From Octopus bimaculoides (taxonomy: Eukaryota): a stretch of 39,138 nt of DNA. The position numbers and the translations under genes were made by a program. The first letter of the stretch is position 1, and every line of letters starts with the position of its first letter. The DNA lies in contig NC_068998.1 of NCBI RefSeq assembly GCF_001194135.2, positions 13,595,662 to 13,634,799 of the forward strand. The letters are read 5' to 3'. Below, in pieces: positions 36,293 to 39,138 of the stretch. The notes beneath the pieces were generated by a model, which was not told where the DNA came from, ran no database searches, and was given only the letters and a program-made list of their open reading frames with translations.

Positions 36293-36961
36293 ATATTCTC
36301 GGTAAACTGTCCTCGTGGTGAACTTTACTCTCAGTGAACTTTCTTCATGGTGAACTTTCTGTGGTGAGCTGATGGCAGGGAACTTACCTGTAATCGTGGG
36401 CATAATGTAGGATAGTGTTATGGAATATAGTTGAGGTTTGTGGTGTAGTAACGCCGTGCGCATGCGTGGAGTTCAGCAGCCAAGCTTTCCCACTTTGATC
36501 GATCTCTTTCTTGCTGGCCAGCGATTGAGCAAGGACGTGTCTAGCTATCTCTCCATCTTTCGAACTCACGCTAGACGGCTCACGTCAATATACCAACGTC
36601 CCAACAACCATGTTCTCACACACCGAAGACGTCTCAACAAACAAGATTAAAGATGTATATTTTCCACCATGAATAAATATTGTTTGTGTTGATAGTCTGG
36701 AGTTCAGCGTTGCCGTTAATTCCTAATTTTATATAGGAAAGTCAGGTGTACATCTAATGATGTATAACCCACTTTCNNNNNNNNNNNNNNNNNNNNNNNN
36801 NNNNNNNNNNNNNNNNNNNNNNNNNNNNNNNNNNNNNNNNNNNNNNNNNNNNNNNNNNNNNNNNNNNNNNNNNNNNNNNNNNNNNGGTATATAGTGTTGT
36901 ATGATAGTGTGGTATATAGTTGCTGGCTTGTTCAATGACAGAGTGGCATGGTAAAGGGTAA

Positions 36962-37305
36962 AAGGCAAAGACCCCATTTGGTCATGAATGACCATGAGAT
37001 TGCACCTAGAAAGTTACCCTCCGAGGCAAAAGAGCAAGGATGTTTCTATGAAAGACCAGTGGTCACCCATGCATACCAGCCTTCCCTATCCATGCCACTG
37101 ATGTTATCCCAAGGAAAGGCAAATGCCGATACAGCTTGGCACCAGTGACGTTGCAACTCGTTTCTACAGCTGAGTGAACTGGAACAATGTGAAAAAATAA
37201 AGTGCCTTACTCAAGAACACAACACACAGCCCAGTTTGGGAATCGAACTCACTGCCTCATGATTGTGGGCCTGATGCTCTAGCCGCTAAGCCATGCACCT
37301 TCACA
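36962..37305 (-). mobile_element. tRNA-derived SINE, family D, near full length (second copy ~26190-26418 minus; fragment ~9055-9180)
   Basis: Minus-strand A-box TGGCTTAGCGG and B-box GAGTTCGATTCCC; shared blocks GATACAGCTTGGCA and TACAGCTGAGTGAACTGGAACAA. Confidence 0.85.
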
Positions 37306-38162
37306 GAAGAGAAGATATGCATGTGGAAACATAAGCTTGTTATTTTTCAATTAACCATACTCTGGCTTGTATTTACATTTTACACTGATATCCATTGAAT
37401 GAATGAATGAATGAAGAAAGGAAAGAAGGAAGGCAGGAAAGAAGGAAAAAACAAACAAACAAACAAAGGGAAAGATAGATGCTGTCATACATGTATGAGT
37501 GCTTATCTGATAGAATATATGATATTTACAGGCAAAGAAAATGACCAGCTAACATGCCTTTACAAATATAATCCGTAAGTGGAACAGTTAAAATATACAA
37601 GACTTTTCTGGAGTTTGACTTGTAACAGTTCTTCTTGTGTTTACCCAGATGTCATCACTGGAGTTTTGTTTCTTTGTCAGAAACCAGCTTCTTCCTTTTA
37701 GCAAGAATTTTCATAAGTAGAAAAATAAGATAAATAAAAGAATGACAAGTCAGGATTTTGTGCACTTCTCAGTTTAAAAAATTCTACTTTTAAAGCATTG
37801 GTCAACCTAAGAATATGGTAAAGAAAGACATTTGTCCAATGCAACAGGCAGTGGGATTGAAATTAGAATCACATAGTTATGGAGTAAGCCTTTTAACCTC
37901 TCAGTCACGCAACACTTATGCGCAAAGTCATTCTGTGTGTGTGTGTGTGTGAGAGAAAGAAAGGCAGGAGAAAAGAAAGGAAGGGGGTTCATCTCCAGTT
38001 GTTTTGATATATTGAAGGTTAGTTTAATGCATACAACACTTCTGTTAGATAAATATAATTATACACTTTCAGAACACAAACACTTCACTTGTATCTGGAA
38101 ATTGTTAGTTTTTATCTTTAAGATATAATTCAGATTACTTTTATAATTGATCTAACTATATG

Positions 38163-38202
<40 letters not shown>

Positions 38203-38966
38203 NNNNNNNNNNNNNNNNNNNNNNNNNNNNNNNNNNNNNNNNNNNNNNNNNNNNNNNNNNNNNNNNNNNNNNNNNNNNNNNNNNNNNNNNNNNNNNNNNN
38301 NNTATATATATATATCTTTATATATATATATATATTATATACACACACATATTCATAGACTTACACAAATATACACACAATATAAAGATATATGTATACA
38401 TATATACTCATATGTACATATATATATATACACACACACACACAGATATATATATTGCTATCTATCTATCTATATTTACATCTATCTATCTACATATCCA
38501 TTAATTTATCTACCTATCTTTCTATCAATTTATCTCTCTATATGTGTGGATGGATAGATAGATAGATAGATACACATACATATATATATATATAAATAAA
38601 TGCTTGTACATATATACATTATACATAGGTATGCTTGTATGTACACATGCATATTCTTCAAATTCTATTCAATGTGTGAATCTACAGTTAATTAATGTGT
38701 TTAACACCTTGTTTTTTGTTTAATTTATAACCTATGCAAAGCTGGACTTTTGCCACAATTTTCATAACATTTACTTCCTCTAGTTGAGTTCAAACTAAGT
38801 TAGTCAATACACAACTTTAAAAATAATCAATATCTTTTTCCATTTCATGCTGGAGGTCCATAAGGAAACATTCAAAGGAGCAACTATTATTAAAGATTTT
38901 CCAGTAAAAACACTTGTATGTGCATACACATGTGTGTGTGTGAGTGTATAAATAAATATATATAGC

Positions 38967-39003
<37 letters not shown>

Positions 39004-39138
39004 TTTACTTTTTACTTGCTTCAGTCAGTAGACTGCGGCCATGCTGGGGCACCACTTTGAAGGGTTAAGTCGTCAAAACAATTTAAACTGAGTATAGTGA
39101 TTTTTAAGCTTGGTTCTTATTTTATCAGTTTCTTTTTG

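Larger units (their letters stand above)
7935..38301. other. Eight assembly gaps: 7935-8501, 9985-10071, 12702-12909, 18825-18834, 20946-21776, 25112-26008, 36777-36885, 38203-38301
   Basis: N-runs, mostly flanked by (TA)n or tandem repeats. Confidence 0.99.

Noticed and set aside
20514-37305. tRNA-like A/B boxes at 20521, 29133, ~37290 and elsewhere
   Set aside because: No acceptor stem or cloverleaf closure; they continue into SINE bodies, so they are not tRNA genes.
26668-37574. Plus-strand exon-like segments (26668-26735, 37532-37574; also 7534-7569 and 10698-10932)
   Set aside because: They have good splice dinucleotides but form no consistent phase chain or recognisable peptide; pseudo-exons are common in AT-rich DNA.
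629-38504. Dozens of ORFs rich in YI/CV/HT/MY dipeptides or X
   Set aside because: These are translations of (TA)n, (TG)n, (TATG)n microsatellites and N-gaps, not genes.

Overview
This is AT-rich animal (eukaryotic) genomic DNA from a draft assembly, with eight N-gaps totalling about 2.8 kb. It is dominated by (TA)n/(CA)n/(TATG)n/(CAT)n microsatellites and interspersed repeats. The SINE repertoire looks like octopus (coleoid cephalopod) DNA; this is my inference and was not checked against a database. There is no prokaryotic operon, CRISPR array or intact long ORF, and almost every ORF in the supplied track is a microsatellite or N-run artefact. What the sequence supports: (i) a fossil hAT/Buster-type transposase (about 2.7-4.3 kb); (ii) the 3' end of an R4/Dong-like restriction-endonuclease LINE ending in (TAA)n; (iii) at least five SINE-like families, two copies with exact 17-18 bp target-site duplications; (iv) two TTAA-flanked MITEs; (v) a 109-bp minisatellite; (vi) five local fold-back structures, one a perfect 89-bp inverted repeat; (vii) a structurally complete minimal hammerhead ribozyme motif of the Penelope-element type at 13997-14032, plus degenerate relatives; and (viii) a tentative chain of short, phase-compatible exons on the minus strand encoding a protein I cannot identify.
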